Below are positions 9,414 through 18,080 of a stretch of DNA of 64,000 nt, in pieces; within the stretch, counting starts at the first letter, position 1; each line of letters opens with the position of its first letter. This DNA is from Bacteroidota bacterium. Lineage in GTDB: Bacteria > Bacteroidota > Bacteroidia > Chitinophagales > LD1. The position numbers were made by a program, and so were the translations under genes. The notes below the pieces were generated by a model that did no database searches, was not told the DNA's origin, and worked only from the letters and a program-made list of their open reading frames with translations. The stretch spans positions 229 through 64,228 of the forward strand of contig JAPLES010000018.1 of assembly GCA_026391075.1 (NCBI GenBank), in the 5' to 3' direction.

Positions 9414-10868
9414 ATGTCTGATTATTTTAAAAGGAAATCAATTCCGCAACTCATCAGCGAATCGCACGATGGCGAACATTCCTTGCATCGCACGCTCTCA
9501 GCTTTTAATCTTGTAACTCTCGGTATAGGTGCCATTATAGGTGCCGGATTATTTTCTATAACAGGAGGAGCTGCAGCGCACAACGCAGGACCTGCAGTAA
9601 CTATTTCATTTATAGTGGCCGCCATAGGATGCGGTTTTGCTGGTTTGTGTTATGCCGAATTTGCGAGTATGATTCCCGTAGCAGGAAGTGCTTACACGTA
9701 TGCATACGCAACCATGGGCGAATTTATTGCCTGGGTAATTGGCTGGGATTTAGTATTAGAATATGCAGTGGGCGGTGCAACAGTAGCAATCAGTTGGTCG
9801 CGATACCTAGTAAAGTTGTTAGAGTATTACGAAATTTATTTGCCCGCATCGTTGGTCATGTCTCCCTTCGATTCAATCACCTGTGGCGATGGAACTTTGG
9901 TTCACGGAATGATAAACGTACCCGCTGTTTTTATTGTGGTGGTGGTGTCTATGCTTTTAATTAAAGGAACGCGTGAATCGGCTTTTGTAAACAATATTAT
10001 TGTTGCATTGAAAGTTACGGTGGTTATGGTATTTATTGGATTAGGCTGGGCATACATCAACACAGCTAATTACACTCCTTATATTCCATCGAACACAGGA
10101 ACCTTTGGTGAGTTTGGCTGGAGCGGGATTATTCGCGCGGCAGGAATTATCTTCTTTGCATACATAGGTTTTGATGCCGTGAGCACCGCAGCGCAGGAAG
10201 CAAAAAATCCCGGTCGCGATATGCCGATTGGAATTTTGGTTTCACTTGCCATTTGCACTGTCCTCTATATTTTGTTTGCACACGTAATGACAGGTCTTGC
10301 TAATTACAAAGAGTTTCAGGGACAAGATGGAATTGCACCCGTGGCAGTTGCTATTCGACATACACCTTACATTTGGTTACAACAAGCAGTTATCATCGCT
10401 ATCCTTGCTGGATATTCTTCGGTTATTATGGTTATGTTGATGGGTCAATCGAGAGTTTTCTTCTCTATGAGTAAAGATGGATTGTTGCCAAAAGTTTTTT
10501 CTGAGGTGCACACAAAATTCAAGACACCTTATAAATCGAATTTACTTTTCATGGTCTTTGTAAGTTTGTTTGCCGCATTTGTTCCTGCGCGTGTAGTAGG
10601 TGAAATGACCAGTATCGGAACACTGTTCGCATTTATATTGGTATGTGCAGGTGTACTTTACATGCGTTACAAAATGCCCGATGCACCACGCGTTTTCAAA
10701 ACTCCTTTTGTGCCTGTTGTTCCTATACTCGGCATACTTGTTTGCTTTGGCATGATGGTATTTTTACCTGGCGACACCTGGTTGCGTTTAATTATCTGGA
10801 TGGCAATAGGCATAGCAATTTATTTTCTTTATAGCGCAAAACGCAGTAAGCTCAGAAATCAGAAGTAA
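9414..10868 (+). CDS. APC-superfamily amino acid permease
   Basis: 484 aa with about 12-13 hydrophobic segments. N-terminal LVTLGIGAIIGAGLF and AFIGFDAVSTAAQEAKNP are typical of cationic amino-acid-transporter-like APC members. Confidence 0.88.
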   Translation: MSDYFKRKSIPQLISESHDGEHSLHRTLSAFNLVTLGIGAIIGAGLFSITGGAAAHNAGPAVTISFIVAAIGCGFAGLCYAEFASMIPVAGSAYTYAYATMGEFIAWVIGWDLVLEYAVGGATVAISWSRYLVKLLEYYEIYLPASLVMSPFDSITCGDGTLVHGMINVPAVFIVVVVSMLLIKGTRESAFVNNIIVALKVTVVMVFIGLGWAYINTANYTPYIPSNTGTFGEFGWSGIIRAAGIIFFAYIGFDAVSTAAQEAKNPGRDMPIGILVSLAICTVLYILFAHVMTGLANYKEFQGQDGIAPVAVAIRHTPYIWLQQAVIIAILAGYSSVIMVMLMGQSRVFFSMSKDGLLPKVFSEVHTKFKTPYKSNLLFMVFVSLFAAFVPARVVGEMTSIGTLFAFILVCAGVLYMRYKMPDAPRVFKTPFVPVVPILGILVCFGMMVFLPGDTWLRLIIWMAIGIAIYFLYSAKRSKLRNQK

Positions 10869-10880
10869 TTTTTATCAAAC

Positions 10881-10916
10881 AAAATCCCTCTAAAGTTTAG
10901 AGGGATTTTGTTTTTG
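10881..10916 (+). terminator. rho-independent terminator
   Basis: aaaatccctctaaa pairs with tttagagggatttt as a perfect inverted repeat, followed by gtttttg. Confidence 0.85.
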
Positions 10917-10946
10917 TATTTGTTCATAAATCACAAACCCTAAATT

Positions 10947-12401
10947 ATGACAGAAAAAAAATCGCTCAACCTTCTTGATGCCACATTAATAGTTTCCGGC
11001 TCCATGATTGGCTCGGGAATTTTTATTGTAAGTGCTGACATAGCACGACAAACAGGCGGCTCGGGATGGTTGTTACTATCCTGGATTATTTCGGGAATAA
11101 TTACACTTTTTGCTGCGTTGAGTTATGGCGAGCTCGCCAGTATGTTTCCTCACGCGGGCGGTCAGTATGTTTATTTAAAGAATGCTTACAATCCGCTCGT
11201 TGGTTTTCTTTATGGCTGGACAATTTTTTTAGTGGTGCAATGCGGAACCATTGCTGCGGTGGCCGTTGCATTTGCAAAATACACCGGAGTGTTGTTTCCA
11301 GTTTTAAGTGAGAACAATATTTTGTTTGTGATAGGAAGTTTTAAAATTTCGGCCGCGCAACTCTTTGGAATATTTTCGATTCTGGTTCTTACACTAATCA
11401 ATAGCAGAGGAATTAATTATGGCAAAATTGTATTGCGCCTTTTTACTTCGGCAAAACTGATCGCGCTCTTTGGCATTATCGTATTGGGGATTTTTGTTTA
11501 CGGAAGTTCAGAAACGTGGAGCTTGAACTGGAGCGATGCTTTCAGTTTATCGCATTGGGCAAAAGATGCCGATGGAAACTGGATTCAAAGCAATCTCTCT
11601 GCCATTGCCTTGATGTCGGCAGTAGGAGTTGGTTTGGTGGGCTCACTTTTTAGTAGTGATGCATGGAACAACGTCACTTTTATTTCGGGCGATATAGAAA
11701 ACCCTAAGCGCAATATTCCTTTAAGTTTGGGTATAGGAACCATTATTGTTGTTACGCTTTATCTATTGGCAAATATCGCTTACCTGTATTTGCTACCGCT
11801 TACAGGAACGCCAGATGGAGCTAATGTTTTTGCTCGAGGAATTCAGTTTGCGCAAAACGAACGCGTAGGAACTGCCGCTGCACAAATGATGTTTGGCGGA
11901 GCTGCTGCGGTGATAATGGCTGTGCTCATTATGATTTCAACTTTTGGTTGTAACAACGGAATTGTGTTGGCGAGTGTGCGCGTATATCAAGCCATGGCGA
12001 AGGATGGTTTGTTCTTCGAAAAGATGAAACACAATAATGAAAATGGAGTACCGGGCTTCGCTCTCTGGATTCAATTTATTTGGTCGGCACTACTTTGTTT
12101 AAGCGGCAAATATGGCGACCTGCTCGATTACGTAATGTTCTCAGTTATGCTTTTCTACATTCTCACCATTGCAGGAATTTTTATTCTGCGCAAAAAAATG
12201 CCCGATGTCGAGCGACCTTATAAAGCGTGGGGATATCCTTTAATTCCCGCTTTATACCTAATCCTTGCATCTGCATTTTGCCTCAATTTACTATTTGTAA
12301 AATTTTCGGCTTGCTGGCCAGGTTTACTAATTGTGGCTATTGGTGTACCTGTGTTTTATTACTGGAAGAAGAAAGGACTAGGAGAATCTAGTCATAATTG
12401 A
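10947..12401 (+). CDS. APC-superfamily amino acid permease (second, divergent paralog)
   Basis: 484 aa polytopic membrane protein. GSMIGSGIF and SYGELASMFPHAGGQYVYL are typical of LAT/SteT-like APC transporters. Confidence 0.88.
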   Translation: MTEKKSLNLLDATLIVSGSMIGSGIFIVSADIARQTGGSGWLLLSWIISGIITLFAALSYGELASMFPHAGGQYVYLKNAYNPLVGFLYGWTIFLVVQCGTIAAVAVAFAKYTGVLFPVLSENNILFVIGSFKISAAQLFGIFSILVLTLINSRGINYGKIVLRLFTSAKLIALFGIIVLGIFVYGSSETWSLNWSDAFSLSHWAKDADGNWIQSNLSAIALMSAVGVGLVGSLFSSDAWNNVTFISGDIENPKRNIPLSLGIGTIIVVTLYLLANIAYLYLLPLTGTPDGANVFARGIQFAQNERVGTAAAQMMFGGAAAVIMAVLIMISTFGCNNGIVLASVRVYQAMAKDGLFFEKMKHNNENGVPGFALWIQFIWSALLCLSGKYGDLLDYVMFSVMLFYILTIAGIFILRKKMPDVERPYKAWGYPLIPALYLILASAFCLNLLFVKFSACWPGLLIVAIGVPVFYYWKKKGLGESSHN

Positions 12402-12516
12402 TTTTAGTAAACTCTAAACGCCTCGTTAAAATTTTGCCTTCAGTTGAATTAGTGGCCCGCGTACTTATTCAGCAGTCAATTATCATTTTTCACCCCTCTC
12501 TCCTACATTCGCACTC

Positions 12517-13293
12517 ATGAAAAATTCAGTTCGTGGAAAGTGGGCTTTAATAACAGGCGCTACTTCGGGTTTTGGTTATGCTACTGCCGATCGTTTGGCT
12601 AGCGAAGGTTGCAATGTCATCATCACCGGTAGGCGTAAGGAAAAACTCGAATCGTTCCATCATATTTTGGAAGAAAAATATTACATCAAAGTTTTGTCGT
12701 ATTGTTTCGATGTGCGCGAAATGAATAGCTGTGTTGAAATGGCAAATGATTTAGCTCAGCGCGAAATTGTGCCAGATATCCTAATCAACAACGCTGGTCT
12801 GGCTTCGGGAAAAAATAAAATTTACGAAGGGCTTATTGGCGATTGGGAAAAAATGATTGACACTAATATTAAAGGTCTACTCTACATCACCCGTTCGGTT
12901 TTACCTATGATGGTAGCGCGAAATGAAGGACACGTAATTAACTTAGGTAGCGCTGCAGGTCACCTTGTATACCCTGAAGGGAACGTTTACAATGCTACAA
13001 AGTTTGCAGTAAAGGCGTTGAACGAAGCCATTAATTTAGATTTGGTGGGAACCAATATTCGTTGTTGTTCCATTGACCCGGGTGCTGCCGAAACGGAGTT
13101 CAGCAAAGTGCGTTTTAAAGGCGATGAAGAAAAAGCAAAAAAAGTTTACGAAGGTTACGAACCATTGAAAGCAGAAGACATAGCCGATATGATTTTGTAT
13201 GTGGTAAACACGCCTTTGCACGTAAACATTACCAATATGGTTGCGTATCCAACAGCTCAACGCAGTGTGTATGTAATGGACAGAAAAGTTTAA
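12517..13293 (+). CDS. SDR-family NAD(P)-dependent oxidoreductase (YdfG-like)
   Basis: ITGATSGFG cofactor motif, NNAG, and the catalytic YNATKFA. Confidence 0.85.
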   Translation: MKNSVRGKWALITGATSGFGYATADRLASEGCNVIITGRRKEKLESFHHILEEKYYIKVLSYCFDVREMNSCVEMANDLAQREIVPDILINNAGLASGKNKIYEGLIGDWEKMIDTNIKGLLYITRSVLPMMVARNEGHVINLGSAAGHLVYPEGNVYNATKFAVKALNEAINLDLVGTNIRCCSIDPGAAETEFSKVRFKGDEEKAKKVYEGYEPLKAEDIADMILYVVNTPLHVNITNMVAYPTAQRSVYVMDRKV

Positions 13294-13296
13294 AGT

Positions 13297-16200
13297 TTAT
13301 CTAACCAGCGTAACATTACCCGATTTTTCAATCGTGTTTCCGCTGCTGCAAATGCCTTTAAGCAAGTAAACGTAAGTAGCAACATCGGCTTCTTTACCAT
13401 TGATTCTACCATCCCAACCTTCGCTTATGTTTTTACTCTCATAAACTAAAAGTCCCCATCGGTTATAGACTCTAAAGTATTCCAGCGAGCGCAAACCAAT
13501 GCCGCGCACAAAAAGCATATCATTCAAATCATCATTATTTGGAGTAAAGGTGTTCGGCACAAAAACCATAGTTGGGTCGCACGACACAACTTTAATATCG
13601 ACATAGGCCGTGTCTTTACAACCAAAAGTATTCGTTACCTCTACTGGTATATGTTGGCTTTGAGTAGCGGTTAGGAATGGCCTGCGGCAACTAGTGCAAC
13701 TCAAATTTTCAACAGGATACCATAGGTAATTTACATTATCGGGTGATGCTGCATACAATTGAATTTGCGTGCCTTCACTTACCGTTTGATCATCACCTGC
13801 TTCTACATAAGGATTGGGAGCAATAGTTACATGCACCGTTTCTGTATCGGCAATACAAGTAGAACTACTCACAATAACCGTGTAGTTATAATCGCCCACA
13901 GGCGCACTTAACAGCGGATCTTCAATAATCGTTGAATTCAAATACGCGGCAGGACTCCATAAAAACGAGGTATCATTGAAACTTGCCTCACGCACATTGA
14001 GCATAAATTGAATATCGCCACCATCGCATACTAAAGTATCGGCAAGCGAAAGGTCTGCCACTACTTTATCAATCAACCACACCTTCACAATGCGTGAAAT
14101 AGAACAGCCTGTCGAGTTAGTTCCTGTAACGCGATAAATTTGTGTATCGGGCGGGAAAACTTTCGGGTTAACAATGGTAGTATCAGTAATAAAAAGATTT
14201 GGTGACCAGGTAGCGGCTGCTACCCCTGCTCCTGCGCTTAGTTGCAACGTATCATTCGGACAAATTCTGAAAGATATGCCGGGAAAAATTAAGGGCAGTG
14301 CATCAACATTCACCGTTATGGTATCCTTTGCCTGGCAGCCAATGTTTGTAGTAGCAGTTACAATGTAAGTAATAGTATCTGGTGCTGAACAAATTGGATT
14401 TCGGCAATCTGTACAACTTAAATAGTTAGGGGAAAGATTGGCTTGCCAGTCAAAGAAATCGCCATATGGCAAATCGAATTGAACATAGTTTCCACGACAT
14501 ACTGTTGTGTCGTTTGGCAAATCAGGATATGGAATTAATCCTACAACAATCGTATCAACGTGATAGGGAATCTTACACCCTAAACTATCATAGAGGGTGC
14601 AAATTATCTCGTAAGTTTCGGGCCTGGTATAACTATAAGAAACGTTGACAGAGTCATTCAGTACAAACCCATCACCAAAATCGGTGGTTGAACTAACTAC
14701 ATCTGATGCTAAGGTGCCTGATAAATGAACGGTTAGTGGTACGCAACCACTATCGGCAGATATTGTAAAATTCCCAACCGGACCTCTAACTCGAATAAGA
14801 TCTATGTAGATAATGGAATCTCTGCATCCCGAAGAATCCCAAGCTACTAAAGCAACATCATAATCTCCCGGATAGAAATAGAAATGCAATGGATCTTTTT
14901 CAGTACTGGTATCTCCATCATCAAAATACCATAACCATTGCAGGTCTTGTCGGTTAGTGGTATTAGTAAACTGAACAGGAAATGGTGGACAAGGAGAGAA
15001 GTTTGAATTCGGATAAAAGTTAGCAATAGGTGTATCCACATTCATAAAGTTTGGAAGAACTAAGGTATCGGTACATCCAAGACTTGTATTTTTAGCTATC
15101 AAGGTGACGGTATAAACACCGCCTGCAGTATAAGTGTGATTAGGATTATGAACGGTTGAAGTGGTTCCATCGCCAAAGTACCATTCATATTGATTTGAAT
15201 TCGTGGAGTTATTATCAAATTGAACAGATTCTCCCGGACACACCGCAGTGTCGGAGGTGAATAACGCCTCCACATTTCGTGGTACTACATTTTTGCTAAG
15301 TGTAGCTTTACAACCGTGATTATCCTTTACTGTTAATCGTACTTGGAATGGACCCTGTACCGTGTACAAGTAGGAAGGATTTTTTAAAGAACTGCTATCA
15401 CCCGTACCAAAATACCATTTCCAGGAATTTGTGTTTCCTAAATATGATTGACTTGAATCTCTAAACGCTACCTGAAGAGGCAGACAACCTGTAGTTGGTG
15501 TTGCACTTATAAACCCTTTAATACCATAAGCTTTAATGTAGTTAATACGAACAATAGAATCGTTGCAAGAATCGCCCGGATTTATCATTAGAGTTACCGT
15601 AAAACTTCCTGTATCAGAATAAGTATGCGTAGGATTTTGCTGGTTTGAAAAAGCACCATCACCAAAACTCCATAACCAACCGCTTGCAAAAGTTGAAGTA
15701 TCGGCAAAGTGAACTGTTAGCGGAAAACATCCGTTAGTAGTATCAGCAGTAAAGTTTGCGTCAGGTGTTCCAATTGGAAGTGTTTTTTGTATTGAATCAA
15801 CGCAACCTGTAAGAATATTCGATACAATCAGCGTAACTGTATAGTTGCCTTGGGTAGCGTAAGTATGAGTAGGGTTTTGAATGTTATCGGTGCTTCCATC
15901 GCCAAACTCCCAAAGCCATGTATCAGCTCCTTGCGAAGAATCGCGGAAGGAAACAGTTGTAGGATTAGCACAATCAAAATCGAAATAGAAATCGGCTTTA
16001 GGCACTACAATTAAAATATAATCTAGTTTAACGGTATCGCCACTGCAACCTTGATTAGTTATTGTAAGTGTAACGTCATACGTACCGGTATCGGAATAAA
16101 AATGATCTGGATCAGTGAGATTGCTGGTTTGCCCATCACCAAAATCCCATAAATAAATAGCAGTGCCTGGTACGCCCACAGTATTATCGGTGAAAGTGAC

Positions 16201-17817
16201 CAGTTGATTTACGCATTGCACTAAAGGCGAAGCTGTGAAAGAAGGAATGATGCTAAGCCCCACGTCTATAGTTCCCGCATAAGGAATAGAATCTACGCAA
16301 CCATCTGCATTTTGAACTATCAGTACAGGTGTAAATTGTCCGGGTGAATTATAGATATGAATTGGGTTTTGACTACTACTGAAAGTGCCATCACCAAAAC
16401 TCCAGAAATAAGAAGTAATAGGTACATTGGAAGTGCTTCCGTTTGTAAAGTGAACCGTTAGCGGAGTACAGCCCCGATTAGAATCAATATCAAAATCGGC
16501 TTGTAAGGCACCTACCGAAACCTGATTACTCAATGTTTGTGAATTGACACATCCGCTAGAGTTGGATACTCCTAAGGTTACCGTAAATGTTCCGTTGGTA
16601 GTATACGTATGCGCTGGATTTGCAGAAGTGGATGTATTCCCATCGCCAAAATTCCACATATAGCCCGAAGCACCCGCTGCATTGCTCGTAAAATTTACGG
16701 TGAGTGGTGCACTGCAACTCGAAGTATCATCAGCATTCAACGAAAAACCTATTGGCGTAGATACACTAATGTAGTTGGCTTGCGTTATAGTTTCGGGCGG
16801 GCAATTACCATAAGTAACTGTAAGCGATACAGTATAGGTTCCATTGCTATTATAGGTATGCAAAGGATTTTGCTGAGTAGAACTGGTTCCGTCACCAAAA
16901 TTCCAAGACCACGAAGTAGCAAAATTAGAAGTGTCTGTAAACTGAACTGGCACACCGTTACAAGCACTTGTTGGTGATGAAGTAAATCCGGCAGTAATAT
17001 CTGTAACCACTATTTGCGTATGAGCAGTATCCTGACAGCCGAGTGTATCAGTCACCACTAACTGTGCATCATAAATTCCGTTGAAATAAACTTGCGTAGG
17101 GTTTTGCAGAGCTGAAGTTCCTCCGTTTCCAAAATACCAAGCATAACTAACTGCGCCATTGGTTGAACTTCCGCTACCGGTAAAGTTGACTACCTGTGGC
17201 GAAGTACAGGATTGAGCAGGTGTAGCCGTAGCATTTGATGTAGGATGATTCCCTATAACCACATAATTGGGTAAAATTAAACTGGTTTGACAACCGTTAC
17301 TATCTAAAGCTACCAAAGTTACATTGTAAGTTCCGGTGGCATTGTAACAATGATTGGTATTAAACGCCTGAACAGGCAATGTTCCATCGCCAAAATCCCA
17401 GGCATAGTCTACCACACTGCTTTCGCCCGGTATGGTTTGGTTGGTAAAATGAACAGTATGACAAGGGAAAATACAACCGTGATTATCGGGTGCTGAAAAA
17501 TTTACAGTAGCTGCTACAAAAACTCGTATCTGCAAATAAGCGGTATCTGCCGAAGAACCATTAAATGCAACATGCATTATGTTATAAATACCCGAAGATG
17601 AAAACGAGGCTGTTGGGTTTTGAATGTTGGAAGTTCCGCTACCATCAAAATCCCAAAAATAATTGGTAGGTGCTCCGGTCGATAAATCTTGAAAATTGAC
17701 AACCAGTGGCGGACATCCATAAAGCACCGAAGCCGACATTTGGCAATTAACCTGCGCAATAGCGCGGTTCAGAAAAAAGGAGAATAATAAAATGACGTAT
17801 GTAAATTTCCTTCTCAC
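13297..17817 (-). CDS. giant surface protein: 13 PKD repeats plus a T9SS type-B (CHU_C, gliding-motility-associated) C-terminal sorting domain
   Basis: Signal peptide. 13 repeats of W.FGDG..S....P.H.Y...G.Y.V.L. The C-terminus reads VPNTFTPNNDDLNDMLFVRG..YNRWGLLVYES..GWDGRINGKEADVATYVYLL. Confidence 0.9.
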   Translation of the reverse strand: MRRKFTYVILLFSFFLNRAIAQVNCQMSASVLYGCPPLVVNFQDLSTGAPTNYFWDFDGSGTSNIQNPTASFSSSGIYNIMHVAFNGSSADTAYLQIRVFVAATVNFSAPDNHGCIFPCHTVHFTNQTIPGESSVVDYAWDFGDGTLPVQAFNTNHCYNATGTYNVTLVALDSNGCQTSLILPNYVVIGNHPTSNATATPAQSCTSPQVVNFTGSGSSTNGAVSYAWYFGNGGTSALQNPTQVYFNGIYDAQLVVTDTLGCQDTAHTQIVVTDITAGFTSSPTSACNGVPVQFTDTSNFATSWSWNFGDGTSSTQQNPLHTYNSNGTYTVSLTVTYGNCPPETITQANYISVSTPIGFSLNADDTSSCSAPLTVNFTSNAAGASGYMWNFGDGNTSTSANPAHTYTTNGTFTVTLGVSNSSGCVNSQTLSNQVSVGALQADFDIDSNRGCTPLTVHFTNGSTSNVPITSYFWSFGDGTFSSSQNPIHIYNSPGQFTPVLIVQNADGCVDSIPYAGTIDVGLSIIPSFTASPLVQCVNQLVTFTDNTVGVPGTAIYLWDFGDGQTSNLTDPDHFYSDTGTYDVTLTITNQGCSGDTVKLDYILIVVPKADFYFDFDCANPTTVSFRDSSQGADTWLWEFGDGSTDNIQNPTHTYATQGNYTVTLIVSNILTGCVDSIQKTLPIGTPDANFTADTTNGCFPLTVHFADTSTFASGWLWSFGDGAFSNQQNPTHTYSDTGSFTVTLMINPGDSCNDSIVRINYIKAYGIKGFISATPTTGCLPLQVAFRDSSQSYLGNTNSWKWYFGTGDSSSLKNPSYLYTVQGPFQVRLTVKDNHGCKATLSKNVVPRNVEALFTSDTAVCPGESVQFDNNSTNSNQYEWYFGDGTTSTVHNPNHTYTAGGVYTVTLIAKNTSLGCTDTLVLPNFMNVDTPIANFYPNSNFSPCPPFPVQFTNTTNRQDLQWLWYFDDGDTSTEKDPLHFYFYPGDYDVALVAWDSSGCRDSIIYIDLIRVRGPVGNFTISADSGCVPLTVHLSGTLASDVVSSTTDFGDGFVLNDSVNVSYSYTRPETYEIICTLYDSLGCKIPYHVDTIVVGLIPYPDLPNDTTVCRGNYVQFDLPYGDFFDWQANLSPNYLSCTDCRNPICSAPDTITYIVTATTNIGCQAKDTITVNVDALPLIFPGISFRICPNDTLQLSAGAGVAAATWSPNLFITDTTIVNPKVFPPDTQIYRVTGTNSTGCSISRIVKVWLIDKVVADLSLADTLVCDGGDIQFMLNVREASFNDTSFLWSPAAYLNSTIIEDPLLSAPVGDYNYTVIVSSSTCIADTETVHVTIAPNPYVEAGDDQTVSEGTQIQLYAASPDNVNYLWYPVENLSCTSCRRPFLTATQSQHIPVEVTNTFGCKDTAYVDIKVVSCDPTMVFVPNTFTPNNDDLNDMLFVRGIGLRSLEYFRVYNRWGLLVYESKNISEGWDGRINGKEADVATYVYLLKGICSSGNTIEKSGNVTLVR

Positions 17818-18052
17818 TCGATGTAGTTCGTTTTAATCAAGATGCAATTTAATACAATAAGTGTTGCATCCTTCGTTTTGCAATACTCGGCTATTCCTTT
17901 GCAATTAAACTCATAATCAAAAGAAAATGTTTCAACGTACAGTTCTTGATTTAAACACAAACCACACGTTCCTACAAACTTTTGTTTGTGAAATCAAATT
18001 ACATACTGTTGATAACATCTCGCGTTTAAAAAGCGTGGCTATCTAAAAATTC

Positions 18053-18060
18053 TATTTTTG
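18053..18060 (+). promoter_or_regulatory. putative Bacteroidota -7 promoter box (TAnnTTTG) for the TonB-dependent receptor
   Basis: tatttttg lies 21 nt upstream of the ATG at 18081. Confidence 0.35.
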
Positions 18061-18080
18061 GCTGCACGAAAAATTCGCTT

